Positions 8,982 through 18,583 of a stretch of 52,232 bases of DNA are shown one piece after another. The stretch is from Deltaproteobacteria bacterium (lineage in GTDB: Bacteria; CG2-30-53-67). Made by a program: the position numbers and the translations under genes. The notes beneath the pieces were generated by a model. The model was not told the origin of the DNA. It saw nothing but the letters and a program-made list of their open reading frames with translations, and did no database searches. The DNA lies in contig JAADIO010000039.1 in assembly GCA_013151235.1 (NCBI GenBank), forward strand, positions 1-52,232, in the 5' to 3' direction. How positions within the stretch are numbered: position 1 is the stretch's first letter; every line of letters starts with the position of its first letter.

Positions 8982-10532
8982 ATGAAGCAGGCAATTTCTT
9001 GCAATGCTTCAATTTTCTGGCTGTTGTTCAGTATTCTCTTCCCGCTGCCGGTATATGCCGTATCGGCTGGTTCCCATGCCGCTTTGCGAATGATCGTCAT
9101 CCCGATGAGACCGCCTTCCCGGATGTACAGGGATTTCCTGCCTTTGAAACATTATCTGGAGAAAAAACTGGATCAGCCGATCGATCTGGATGTTGCGCGA
9201 AAGAATTCTGAAATTGCCCAACTCTTCGAAAAAAAAGAGATCGATATCGCCTTCGTTTGTCCTACCCTCTATTGTGATCTGACGCGGGCGGTCTCCGTGG
9301 TTCCTCTGGTGAAACTGCGGATTAACGGGAGTGATCAGTATCGGAGCGTCCTGGTGGTCCGGAAAGATTCTCCGATTTATCGAACAGCGGATCTTTATGA
9401 TCGTACACTGGTCTATGGGAGGTATTACTGTCCCGGTTCGGGGCTTCTGCCGAGGATCATGTTCAAACGGGTCGGTTTGTCCGAGAATGATTTTCTGGAA
9501 GTGGTCAATCTCGGGAATGACGAGAGCGCCCTCCTGGCCGTGATGGCCCGGATGTTCGACGTCACCGGTGTGCCGGAGATGGCCGTGAGTCTCCTGGAAG
9601 AGAAAAACCTCCGTATCCTCCGTTATTCGGATCCGATACCGCAGTATCTTTTCGTGGCGCGCAACGGCATGGATGAGAAGTTTATTCAAAAGTTGAAAGA
9701 GGAAATGCTCGGCTTAAACCATGATGCGGACAAGCAGGCCATCATCGGCGGCATCGAAAAAGGAGTGGATGGATTTTCGGAGGCGAAAGATTCCGATTAC
9801 GACATTGTTCGTGTGCTGATTGAAAGTCTGGACGGGGGGGCGGTTGGATCCGCATTTTCCAAAGGGGAACATACCCTTGTCGTAGAGCCGCTCTATTATG
9901 ATGCGGATCTTTTCCGTCGGCTGAAACCGTTTCTCTCGAGATTGCGATCGGAAACGGGCTGGAATTATCATCTTCGTATTCCGGAGAGTATCAAGGCATT
10001 CCTGAAAGATAAAGAGGAGGGAAAAGGGGACTTCTACCTTCAGGAAGCCGGACTTTTCTCCCAATTCGGGACTTCCCGGGAAGAATCGATCGGCTCGTTG
10101 AGTCTTGTGCCGAAGGAGGCGAATCGTGCTGTGATTGTTGTACCCGGAAGAGGTGCTGTGAAGAGGTTGAAGGACCTGCGGGGGAAAACGGTTGGAGTCC
10201 CTTCACGGTTTTCGGAAGGCGGTTTTCTGGCTCAGACGCGTTGGTTAAAGAATCAGGGTATTCCGCAGGATTCCATCCGGGTCAAGGTCCTGGGAACCTG
10301 TGAGAATGTCTTGATGAATGTCTATCTCGGGAAGGTGGATGCCGGTTTCGTGACGCTTGATACGTTTCAGCGTTTGGAAAAAGACCTCCAGCCGAAACGT
10401 GTCGTGATCCTTGGTGAGACCCCTCCCCTCGGTGATTGGGTGATTACCGCTCGCAAAAATGTTCCTGACGTGATCAGGAAGAAAGTTGGGAAGATCCTTG
10501 AAGAAGAGGTTTTTCGCTCCCCGCGGAACTGA
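8982..10532 (+). CDS. Periplasmic protein with two tandem PhnD/SsuA-type substrate-binding domains
   Basis: Signal peptide; two repeats of the phosphonate-binding fold (YRSVLVVRKDS...DLYDR and RAVIVV...DLRGKTVGV...VYLGKVDAGFV); directly upstream of the kinase. Confidence 0.75.
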   Translation: MKQAISCNASIFWLLFSILFPLPVYAVSAGSHAALRMIVIPMRPPSRMYRDFLPLKHYLEKKLDQPIDLDVARKNSEIAQLFEKKEIDIAFVCPTLYCDLTRAVSVVPLVKLRINGSDQYRSVLVVRKDSPIYRTADLYDRTLVYGRYYCPGSGLLPRIMFKRVGLSENDFLEVVNLGNDESALLAVMARMFDVTGVPEMAVSLLEEKNLRILRYSDPIPQYLFVARNGMDEKFIQKLKEEMLGLNHDADKQAIIGGIEKGVDGFSEAKDSDYDIVRVLIESLDGGAVGSAFSKGEHTLVVEPLYYDADLFRRLKPFLSRLRSETGWNYHLRIPESIKAFLKDKEEGKGDFYLQEAGLFSQFGTSREESIGSLSLVPKEANRAVIVVPGRGAVKRLKDLRGKTVGVPSRFSEGGFLAQTRWLKNQGIPQDSIRVKVLGTCENVLMNVYLGKVDAGFVTLDTFQRLEKDLQPKRVVILGETPPLGDWVITARKNVPDVIRKKVGKILEEEVFRSPRN

Positions 10533-10538
10533 GTGGAC

Positions 10539-11987
10539 ATGAATCTGTTTCGGAAGCTTCACTACGGTACCAGTATTAAAACCAAGGGTGTGATCTATGT
10601 CATTGTATTGATCCTGGTGATTTTTCTGACTGTCAGTGTCCTGGTCATGTCAACGGCCAGAAAGAACCTTGTCGAACAGCTCGATCAATTTCACTGGAGC
10701 ATTGCCCGGAAAGTCTCTCTGACGGCTTCGGATGCCCTCTTGTCCCGTGACTACGGATTTCTGATGGAGCAGATCCGGCAGTTGAAGTCTTCCGGGGAGG
10801 TGCGGGGGATCCGGATTATTGATAATCGGCATGTGATCATTGCCTCGGATCAGGTTTCCGAAATCGGGACCTCGGATGCCGAGCTTGCGGAGTATTTAAA
10901 ACATCAGGGAGAGAAATATTGTGTCCCGGCAGAGAGTGGAGCGGATATTCTCATGCCGGTTGAGATCGAGAAGGATATTCTGGGGGCATTGAAGGTCAGT
11001 TTTGACTGGGATGCCGAGAGGAAACGCATTGATCAGGAGTTCGGACGAACCTTCCGTCAACTTCTTTACCTGGCATTGGTCATCTTTTTTCTCGGGACCG
11101 GCGGCGCCTTTATTGTTTCCCGGGCGTTGACTCGACCGATTATTGATCTTTCCAGAAAGATTGAAAAGTTTGATAAGGAGATCTACCCTGAAAACGGTTC
11201 CTTGAGTGCCGTCTCTTATAAAGACGAAAGTCTGCAGCTTCAGGATGCCTTTACACGGATGGTCGAGAATCTGAGAAAATATCTGAAAGAATATAAAAGA
11301 GTATCTGAGGAGCGGGAAAAGCTGACCTGCATGGCTGCCATCGGACAGATGTCGGCCCAGATCGCGCATGAGACTCGTAACAGTCTCTACGCAATCCGTG
11401 GGGCCATCGCCGGTCTGGAAAAGGCGGACAGTCTTTCCGAAGCTCGTGAATATGTCGATGTGATTAAAGATGAAACCCGGGAAATGACCATGATGTCGGA
11501 CGATTTCCTCCGGTTTGCCAGAACCCCGGAACCGGTGCTGGTCCCCTGTTATGTCGATGATGTGGTGCAGCGTGTGGTGGAACTGCTCGATCCGGACATG
11601 GAGGATTCGAAGATTTCGGTCAAGAAGGTCGGGCAGCGGGTTCCGCAGGTCATGGCGGACCCCACCCTGCTGAAACAGGCCATTATGAATCTTTTCCTGA
11701 ACGCAATCCAGGCCATGGAACAGGGGGGAACGATTACCGTGGAATACCATCCGGCGGGCGATTTTGTTGAAACGGTCATTCAGGATGATGGACCGGGAAT
11801 TCCCGAGGAGATCAACTATAAAGTTTTCCAGCCGTTTTTTTCCACCAAGATCTATGGGACGGGGCTGGGCCTTCCCACGGTCTATAAATTGATTGTAGCC
11901 CAGAAGGGGGAGGTGGATCTGGAAGATTCGAAGGTCGGTGCACGGTTCATGATTAGATTGCCGATTGTGAAAACGAAGGGGGCATAA
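10539..11987 (+). CDS. Membrane sensor histidine kinase (2 TM, HAMP, HisKA, HATPase)
   Basis: H-box IAHETRNSL, N-box NLFLNAIQA, DDGPGI, FFSTK, GTGLGL. Confidence 0.93.
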   Translation: MNLFRKLHYGTSIKTKGVIYVIVLILVIFLTVSVLVMSTARKNLVEQLDQFHWSIARKVSLTASDALLSRDYGFLMEQIRQLKSSGEVRGIRIIDNRHVIIASDQVSEIGTSDAELAEYLKHQGEKYCVPAESGADILMPVEIEKDILGALKVSFDWDAERKRIDQEFGRTFRQLLYLALVIFFLGTGGAFIVSRALTRPIIDLSRKIEKFDKEIYPENGSLSAVSYKDESLQLQDAFTRMVENLRKYLKEYKRVSEEREKLTCMAAIGQMSAQIAHETRNSLYAIRGAIAGLEKADSLSEAREYVDVIKDETREMTMMSDDFLRFARTPEPVLVPCYVDDVVQRVVELLDPDMEDSKISVKKVGQRVPQVMADPTLLKQAIMNLFLNAIQAMEQGGTITVEYHPAGDFVETVIQDDGPGIPEEINYKVFQPFFSTKIYGTGLGLPTVYKLIVAQKGEVDLEDSKVGARFMIRLPIVKTKGA

Positions 11988-11992
11988 GCACC

Positions 11993-13354
11993 ATGCAGAA
12001 GATTCTGATCGTGGATGATGAAAGAAATATCCGGAAGGTCCTTTCCACCTATCTGAAAAAGGAGGGATTTGAGGTGGAGACTGCCCGAAATTACGAAGAA
12101 TCTCTTTCCAAGATCGGGGAGCAGAAGATTGATCTGGTCCTTACGGACATGCGGTTGCCGGGGCCCTCCGGGTTGCATCTGCTCCAATGGATCAAGAGAA
12201 ATCATACCTTTCTGCCGGTGATACTGATTACGGCTTTCGGGAGCATTGACAGTGCTGTGGAGGCGATGAAGAGCGGTGCGTCGAACTATCTCACGAAACC
12301 GATGGACATGGACGAGATGATGGCCATTATTCGCCATACCCTGATGAAATCGAAGGGGAGAAATACAGCAGATCAGGCAGAACAATCTGAGGAACGATTC
12401 GGGATTATCGGAAGGAGCGCCGCCATCAACGAAGTCATCTCCACGATCCAGGTTGTCAGTTCAAGCCGCGCGAATGTCCTGATCACGGGGGAATCGGGGA
12501 CAGGGAAGGAACTCGTGGCCGGGGCGATCCATGCCGCCTCTCCTCGCAAGGAACTCCCCTTTATTGCGATCAACTGTGCCGCCGTTCCTGCGGACCTGAT
12601 TGAAAACGAACTGTTCGGGCACGAAAGCGGCGCTTTTACCGGCGCCGTTTCCAGAGAGGCCGGCAAGATTGAGCTGGCCGACCGGGGCACCCTGTTTCTC
12701 GACGAAATCGGGGAGATGTCCCTTTCCATGCAGATCAAGCTTCTTCGTTTCATGCAGGAAAGGGTGTTTTTCAGGATCGGGGGAAAGAGCCAGATTGCGT
12801 CGGATTGCCGGATCATTGCCGCCACGAATCGTGACCTGGAAGAAGAGGTGAAAAAGGGGCGTTTCCGGGAGGATTTCTTCTATCGTCTGAACGTTATCCA
12901 GATCAGAATCCCTCCTCTCCGGGACCGGAAAGGGGATGTTCCCCTTCTCGTCAAGCACTTCCTGGATAAATACTCCGGGGAGAACAAGAAGTTTATCCGC
13001 GGAATAGATTCGGTGGCTCTTGATGCGCTCATCCAGTATGAGTGGCCTGGGAATATCCGGGAATTGCAGAACATTATCGAAAGGGGCGTGGTCTTGTCCC
13101 GCCACGATACCATTGCACTGGAAGATCTCCCCAATAAATTGAAGAATAATTTTTTGGAATCCGCCGGGGAGGAGACGCCGCCGGAGGACCAGGATCTCCT
13201 GGCGCTCTCCGGGATGACCCTCGCCGAGCTTGAACGGATTGCCGTTGTCAAATCCTTGAAAGTGGAGAACTGGAACCAGACCCGTGCAGCGAAGAGACTG
13301 GGTATCACACGTCGGCAGTTAAGGACAAAAATGGAGAAATACAAACTGCTGTGA
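11993..13354 (+). CDS. sigma54-dependent response regulator (NtrC family; TspR-like by context)
   Basis: Receiver domain, GESGTGKE, GAFTGA, FLDEIGE, WPGNIREL, Fis-type HTH. Confidence 0.95.
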   Translation: MQKILIVDDERNIRKVLSTYLKKEGFEVETARNYEESLSKIGEQKIDLVLTDMRLPGPSGLHLLQWIKRNHTFLPVILITAFGSIDSAVEAMKSGASNYLTKPMDMDEMMAIIRHTLMKSKGRNTADQAEQSEERFGIIGRSAAINEVISTIQVVSSSRANVLITGESGTGKELVAGAIHAASPRKELPFIAINCAAVPADLIENELFGHESGAFTGAVSREAGKIELADRGTLFLDEIGEMSLSMQIKLLRFMQERVFFRIGGKSQIASDCRIIAATNRDLEEEVKKGRFREDFFYRLNVIQIRIPPLRDRKGDVPLLVKHFLDKYSGENKKFIRGIDSVALDALIQYEWPGNIRELQNIIERGVVLSRHDTIALEDLPNKLKNNFLESAGEETPPEDQDLLALSGMTLAELERIAVVKSLKVENWNQTRAAKRLGITRRQLRTKMEKYKLL

Positions 13355-13442
13355 CGAGGTTTTTCACGGGCATCCCATCATTATAACCCACAGGGTCCGG
13401 TATTTCATCTCGTTCATTCCGGAACACTTCCTGAAGCGTCTT

Positions 13443-13458
13443 TGTACATTTTTGAACA
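13443..13458. promoter_or_regulatory. Putative UAS box upstream of the yeeE operon
   Basis: tgtacatttttgaaca; reverse complement TGTTCAAAAATGTACA fits the shared consensus. Confidence 0.55.
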
Positions 13459-13521
13459 TCACCCCGTGGATGACGGTTGCTTGGTCTGTGTAACCTGCTG
13501 AATTGAAAAGCTTTACATTGA

Positions 13522-13538
13522 CAGGCATGATATATGCA
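13522..13538 (+). promoter_or_regulatory. sigma54 promoter of the yeeE operon
   Basis: caGGcatgatatatGCa, GG-N10-GC, about 70 nt before ATG 13606. Confidence 0.65.
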
Positions 13539-13605
13539 ATTCTCCCGACAATGTGCGGCCAAGACGGATCAATAACTTTCATTTGCAAACCGGAGGAATC
13601 AGGAA

Positions 13606-14838
13606 ATGGCGAAGCAGAAGATTCGGGAATTCATAGTTATACTTCTGATTATTGCAGGATTTGTCGGGGTCTTGTACCTGATTTTCCGGACGCGCGGGTT
13701 TCTGACGCTTGATCCGGATAGTCTCTCCGACGAAGAAATCGCGTTGATCAAGGCCGCCATCCGAAACCATGTACTTTGGGCGGGATTGTTGATCGGAGGC
13801 GTCATGGGAGCGATTGTGCAGCGGTCGAAATTCTGTATTGCTGCGGCATGCCACAGTGTTGTTACGATCAAGGACCTGAGCCAGACCCGGGCGTATGCCA
13901 CGGCGCTGATCGTGGCGATCCTGGGGACCCAGATCCTCTACAGGACCGGGGAGGTGGATATTACTCGATGTATCTACATTGCATCCCCTGTGACATGGCT
14001 CAGTTTTATGGTCGGCGGATTTGTCTTCGGCGTCGGGATTGTTTACGCCGGTGGATGCGCCAGCAGAATTCTCGTTCGTGCGTCGGAAGGGAATTTAGGG
14101 GGACTGGTGAGTGTCATGGCTTTTATCTTTTCTTCCGGAGCGACTCTCTGGGGGATTCTTGCCCTGGTGCGGGTAGACTATTTCAATCAACTGACGTTGA
14201 ATCTGAAGACGCAATACATTCCGCATCTATTACAACAGTTCCCCTTCTGGGTGGTGATCCTGATTGTTGAAGTCTTGCTGTTTGTTTTTGTTTTGTCGGC
14301 TCCCAGGGATTCGGAGTGGTGGGGGATGCGCTGGCCGGTTGCCGGGGTTGCAATCGGGTTGACGGTTATTCTCGCCTGGTGGATCAACGGGGCCGCCTAT
14401 CGGGCAATCCCTTTTATCGATTCTTTTTCCTTTACCGGTCCGGATGATCCGACGCTCCTGCAGACCTGGCGTCCCAAAAGCCTGACTTTTGCGCTGGCGG
14501 ATGCCCAAACCTTCCGTTATATTATTATGTGGACGGGAGAAAAGATGAATTTTGGGATTGCCACCGTATTTGGCGTGATCGGAGGTGCGCTTTCGGCTGC
14601 AATGGTTACCGGGACGTTTCACTGGGTGGCTCCTCCCCTTCAGCAATTTAAATATAATCTCGTCGGAGGACTTCTGATGGGCTTCGGTGCGGTTCTGGCA
14701 TTGGGATGCAATATCGGGCAAGGGCTCAGCGGATTCTCCACGCTCTCTTTCGGCAGTATCCTGACGATGACCTTTATCCTCATCGGAGCGATTTCGGGCG
14801 CCAGGTTCATGAACTGGCAATTAATGAGGGAGGTCTAA
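13606..14838 (+). CDS. YeeE/YedE-family sulfur/thiosulfate transporter (SoxT/TsuA-like)
   Basis: Multi-TM protein with the three conserved Cys motifs QRSKFC, AGGCASR and LGCNIGQG. Confidence 0.92.
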   Translation: MAKQKIREFIVILLIIAGFVGVLYLIFRTRGFLTLDPDSLSDEEIALIKAAIRNHVLWAGLLIGGVMGAIVQRSKFCIAAACHSVVTIKDLSQTRAYATALIVAILGTQILYRTGEVDITRCIYIASPVTWLSFMVGGFVFGVGIVYAGGCASRILVRASEGNLGGLVSVMAFIFSSGATLWGILALVRVDYFNQLTLNLKTQYIPHLLQQFPFWVVILIVEVLLFVFVLSAPRDSEWWGMRWPVAGVAIGLTVILAWWINGAAYRAIPFIDSFSFTGPDDPTLLQTWRPKSLTFALADAQTFRYIIMWTGEKMNFGIATVFGVIGGALSAAMVTGTFHWVAPPLQQFKYNLVGGLLMGFGAVLALGCNIGQGLSGFSTLSFGSILTMTFILIGAISGARFMNWQLMREV

Positions 14839-14840
14839 AG

Positions 14841-15368
14841 GTGAGTCCCCTTCGCAGAGTCTTTTTCGGGATTCTATTCCTCCTTTTGGGAACACAATGT
14901 GCTTTTTCTCAAGAGACAACGGCCCACCGCTCGTCGCCCTGTGCAAACCCCGTTGTTCTTTATTCCGTGCAAGGGGATTATGATCAGGTTTGGGGAGATC
15001 TGAAGATGGCGCTGAACGACCGGGGACTTGTGGTTTCCAGTGTTTCCCATGTGGGAGAGATGATCGATCGGACCGGCAAGGCCCTCGGCAGGACCCGGAA
15101 GGTTTTCGGAAAAGCCAATGTGATGGAATTCTGCAGCGCGGTCATTTCCCGTGACATGCTTGAACAGAATGCTCACCTGATTGCATTCTGTCCCTATCAG
15201 ATCATGGTCTATTCCCTGCCGGATGACGACCATAAGATCTTTATATCCTACCGCCGGCCGATCTGGAACGGTCCCGCGGACCGGAAGGTTCTGGAGAAAG
15301 TGGAAAAGCTGGTGAGCGGGATCATCCGAGATGTCGTAGACTTGTACGGAGGTGAATCGGAATTATGA
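14841..15368 (+). CDS. Periplasmic DUF302-family protein
   Basis: GTG 14841 after RBS ggaggt; signal peptide; EFCSA...AFCPYQIMVY...ISYRRP. Confidence 0.8.
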   Translation: MSPLRRVFFGILFLLLGTQCAFSQETTAHRSSPCANPVVLYSVQGDYDQVWGDLKMALNDRGLVVSSVSHVGEMIDRTGKALGRTRKVFGKANVMEFCSAVISRDMLEQNAHLIAFCPYQIMVYSLPDDDHKIFISYRRPIWNGPADRKVLEKVEKLVSGIIRDVVDLYGGESEL

Positions 15369-15952
15369 TTGCCTTCCTGAAAGATTTCTCCTCCCTCCGC
15401 CGGTTGTCTTACCGGCCATTGGTCGTGATGCTGGTTTTGCTCTTTGCCGGGGTTGCCCGGGCGGAAGGCCCTTCGACTTCTCAAAGCGCGGACGGTTTTT
15501 TCGATCTTTTTATGGGAGATTTAGGTGAGGAGCTTCAGACAGCTCGGGAAGAGGGGAAAAAGGGAATATTGCTTTTTTTTGAGATTGATTCCTGTCCATT
15601 CTGCATTCGTATGAAACGGCGACTTCTGAGCCGTGCAGACGTTCAGGACATTTTCGGCAAGGCGTTCCTCCGGTTTTCCGTCGATGTAGAGGGGGATGTG
15701 GAGATCACCGATTTCCGGGGGAAAACCATGCGCGAGAAGGATTTTGCGCTGAATCAGCGTGTACGGGGTACGCCAACGATGATCTTCTATAACCTGAAGG
15801 GGAAAGAGGTTACCCGGTATGTCGGTGCGATTGATCGGTTGGATAACCTGTTGTTGCTGGAAGAATATGTGACGGGAGAGGTCTATCGTAAGATGCCCTT
15901 TATTCGGTATAAGCGTCTCCACCGGAACACACAAAACAGCCATGTGCCGTAG
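15365..15952 (+). CDS. SoxW-like periplasmic thioredoxin
   Basis: GDLGEELQTAREEGKKGILLFFE, CPFC, VRGTPT. Confidence 0.82.
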   Translation: MIAFLKDFSSLRRLSYRPLVVMLVLLFAGVARAEGPSTSQSADGFFDLFMGDLGEELQTAREEGKKGILLFFEIDSCPFCIRMKRRLLSRADVQDIFGKAFLRFSVDVEGDVEITDFRGKTMREKDFALNQRVRGTPTMIFYNLKGKEVTRYVGAIDRLDNLLLLEEYVTGEVYRKMPFIRYKRLHRNTQNSHVP

Positions 15953-17300
15953 GGATAGTGACGGAGCAAAAAGACTCTGCTTTGCTTTTTTCTGGATGCT
16001 GGTCTGTTGTTTCCCCTGTCTGTGTACGGCGGACCCGATTCGTACGCCTCTCCCCGAGCCTTTGACCCTGCAAAGGGCGCTGGCGTTGGCCGATGAGCCG
16101 GATCCGGCCCTTGCCGAGGCCCAGGCGGATCTGGAAGGTGCGGAGGCGGATCGTCGTTTGATTGAATCGACTTTGGGAATTCAGGCCTCCTTTTCCGGAA
16201 ATCTCCGCTGGATCAAGCCGGATCCCCTCGCTCCGGATCCTTCACAAAACGATTCGAGTCTTCATTTCAATATCAGAAAACGTCTCTATGATTTTGGTCG
16301 AAGCCGGTACGGTCTTTCCGCTGTTCGTTCAGAGATTGAAGCCTCTGAATGGCTTTATGAAGATGCCCGGCAGCAGCGGCGCATTGAGATCATGGTTCGT
16401 TTTCTTGAGGTTCTTCTCGCGGATATGGAATATGACCGGGACAGTGAGGCCGCCGCCGTGGCCTATGCGCGTTACGACCGGCTACGGGACCGGAATGAAC
16501 TGGGGCAGGTCTCGGACATTGATCTGCAACAGGCTGCAAGCGAGTATCGTAAGGCACGGCGGGATCGCGCCGTCAGTCAGGCGCCCCAGCGAACCCGCCG
16601 TGCCCTCCTTGCGGAGGTCCTCAATCGTCCGGGAGAGCTTCCGGTGACCCTGGTGGAACCGGAATTCGCGGGGCTGGACCGGGATCCGCCGCCGGTGGAT
16701 GACCTGATCCGGGAGGCTTTGAAAATGAATCCCGTCCTGCGTGCCCTTCGGTCTCAGGTGCAGGCCGTTCAGGAAAAACTGAAGGAGGATCGGGCCGGGC
16801 GAAACCCGATCCTTACGGCGGAGATTCATCGGGCTTTTTATAAACGACGTTTTGGTTCCCGGGACCAGTGGCGGGCGGACATGCTGTTGGAGGTCCCTCT
16901 CCTGACGGGGGGGACGGTCGAAGCGAACGAGGCCGAACACCTGGCCGAGCGGCATCGACTGGAGGCGCGTCTTGACCGGCGAAGCCGGGAAGTGCGACAG
17001 GCGGTGCTGGAGAGATGGGAGGAGATCCGGACACTCCGGCAAGGACTTGTGGAAGCCCGAGCGAGAGTGCAATACCGTGATCTCTATCTCGATCGGAGCC
17101 GCTCTCTCTATGAACTGGAAGTCAAGACCGACCTCGGGGATGCCATGACGCAGAATGTGGCGGCGTTCCTCCATGAAACACGAACAAAATTTGAATTGGC
17201 GCTGGCGTGGGCCAGACTGGCTGCCTTGACCGGAAAGTCGGCCGGTTTTTTGAAGGCCGAATCCGGGTCGGCGTCGCCTCATAAGAATCGAAAAGATTGA
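15942..17300 (+). CDS. TolC-family outer-membrane efflux channel
   Basis: LTLQRALALA, LYDFGR, VPLLTGG, terminal LAALTG; two helical OEP repeats. Confidence 0.88.
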   Translation: MCRRDSDGAKRLCFAFFWMLVCCFPCLCTADPIRTPLPEPLTLQRALALADEPDPALAEAQADLEGAEADRRLIESTLGIQASFSGNLRWIKPDPLAPDPSQNDSSLHFNIRKRLYDFGRSRYGLSAVRSEIEASEWLYEDARQQRRIEIMVRFLEVLLADMEYDRDSEAAAVAYARYDRLRDRNELGQVSDIDLQQAASEYRKARRDRAVSQAPQRTRRALLAEVLNRPGELPVTLVEPEFAGLDRDPPPVDDLIREALKMNPVLRALRSQVQAVQEKLKEDRAGRNPILTAEIHRAFYKRRFGSRDQWRADMLLEVPLLTGGTVEANEAEHLAERHRLEARLDRRSREVRQAVLERWEEIRTLRQGLVEARARVQYRDLYLDRSRSLYELEVKTDLGDAMTQNVAAFLHETRTKFELALAWARLAALTGKSAGFLKAESGSASPHKNRKD

Positions 17301-18118
17301 TGGGTGAATTCCTGCTTGAGAAAATTCTGTTCCGCCGGAAGAGGGTTGCGGGATGTATCTTTTGCCTTCTGCTGGGAAGCATCCTCCCGGCATGGGCGGT
17401 GGAGTACCCCTCGGTCTTGAAATGGGATAGAAGGGTGGAACTCAGCACTCCTGTTTCAGGTATTGTTTCCGAAGTTGCCGTACACGAAGGGGAACGGGTG
17501 CGTAAAGGTCAACTTTTGCTGCAACTGGATGACCGTCCCTTTCGGTTGGAAATCGATCGGGCTCGATCGGTTGTCAAGCGACTTGTCGTTGTGCTTGATG
17601 AGGCACGGCGGGAGAAGGACCGGGCCGAAGAACTCTATGCCCGCACTGTCCTGTCCGACCATGAATTACAATTGGCCCGGATCGGATGGACGATTGCCGA
17701 CGCAAAACTGGAATCAGCAAAGAGCGATCTTGCCCGGGCGAAACTGGATCTCGAATACAGTACGGTCCGGGCGCCGTTTGACGGAAGGATCCTGGAGCGG
17801 CATGCGGAGGTGGGGCAAACCCTCGTGCAGCGTTTCCGGTCGACGCCGCTCATTGTATTGGCTGCATCGGACCGAATGTGTGCCCAGGCCCTGATGACGC
17901 AGGAACAGTTCTCAAACGTTACCCCCGGCCAGAAAGTGATGGTGAAGGTGGAAGGGCATCTTTATCCCGGGACGGTGCGGTCCATTGGCTTAACACCGGT
18001 GTCTGCAGAGGTTCCCGGGGCGCTTTATCCTGTGGATATTGTCTTCCGCATCGATCCGGTGATCACGTTTCGGGCGGGACAGCCGGCCACGATTCTTTTC
18101 TCCGGCGATTCCTTATAG
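17300..18118 (+). CDS. Efflux periplasmic adaptor (membrane fusion protein)
   Basis: Lipoyl halves PVSGIVSEVAVHEGERVRKGQLL and VRAPFDGRI around an alpha-hairpin; TGATG overlap with tolC. Confidence 0.88.
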   Translation: MGEFLLEKILFRRKRVAGCIFCLLLGSILPAWAVEYPSVLKWDRRVELSTPVSGIVSEVAVHEGERVRKGQLLLQLDDRPFRLEIDRARSVVKRLVVVLDEARREKDRAEELYARTVLSDHELQLARIGWTIADAKLESAKSDLARAKLDLEYSTVRAPFDGRILERHAEVGQTLVQRFRSTPLIVLAASDRMCAQALMTQEQFSNVTPGQKVMVKVEGHLYPGTVRSIGLTPVSAEVPGALYPVDIVFRIDPVITFRAGQPATILFSGDSL

Positions 18119-18149
18119 ATATCGTATCCGGAAGAGGTGAAGAAGAGCG

Positions 18150-18398
18150 GTGGATCCTTCAACTCCGGAACAGGAGATTGACCGTACATTGGATATCCGG
18201 GGGTTTGTCTGCCCTCTGCCGGTTTTGAAGACCAAGCAGGCGTTGGATCGGATGAAACCAGGGGAGATTTTGAAGGTGATGGCAACGGATCCGGATGCCG
18301 GGGCGGATATTTCACGGCTCTTCAAGCGTCTCGGGCATTCGGTTCTGAACGTCCGGGAGGAGGGAGAGGGGATTACCGTTCTGATCCGTAAAAAATAG
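18150..18398 (+). CDS. tusA: TusA/YeeD-family sulfurtransferase
   Basis: LDIRGFVCPLPVLKTK...GEILKVMATDP. Confidence 0.9.
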   Translation: MDPSTPEQEIDRTLDIRGFVCPLPVLKTKQALDRMKPGEILKVMATDPDAGADISRLFKRLGHSVLNVREEGEGITVLIRKK

Positions 18399-18583
18399 CA
18401 TTGCGCTGCTCCGCTTTTTTGAATATCCCACCTCCTGCCGGCGACCGCTTCCCGGATGCCGTGGGGACGCGATTTTGGGGACGTTGTTACCGGACGTGCA
18501 TATTGATATTCAGAAAGATTTCTAAAAAATCAAGCGGAGGAAGCTTTCTCCCGTTGATCCTGTCTGAAGAAAACTCGCGAGAA

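Noticed and set aside
8982-10532. Phosphonate ABC transporter
   Set aside because: No permease or ATPase nearby; the gene is coupled to a sensor kinase.
10530-10541. In-frame TGA between the binding protein and the kinase as Sec or readthrough fusion
   Set aside because: No SECIS-like hairpin follows, and the kinase has its own cytoplasmic N-terminus/TM1 topology that does not fit an N-terminal periplasmic fusion.
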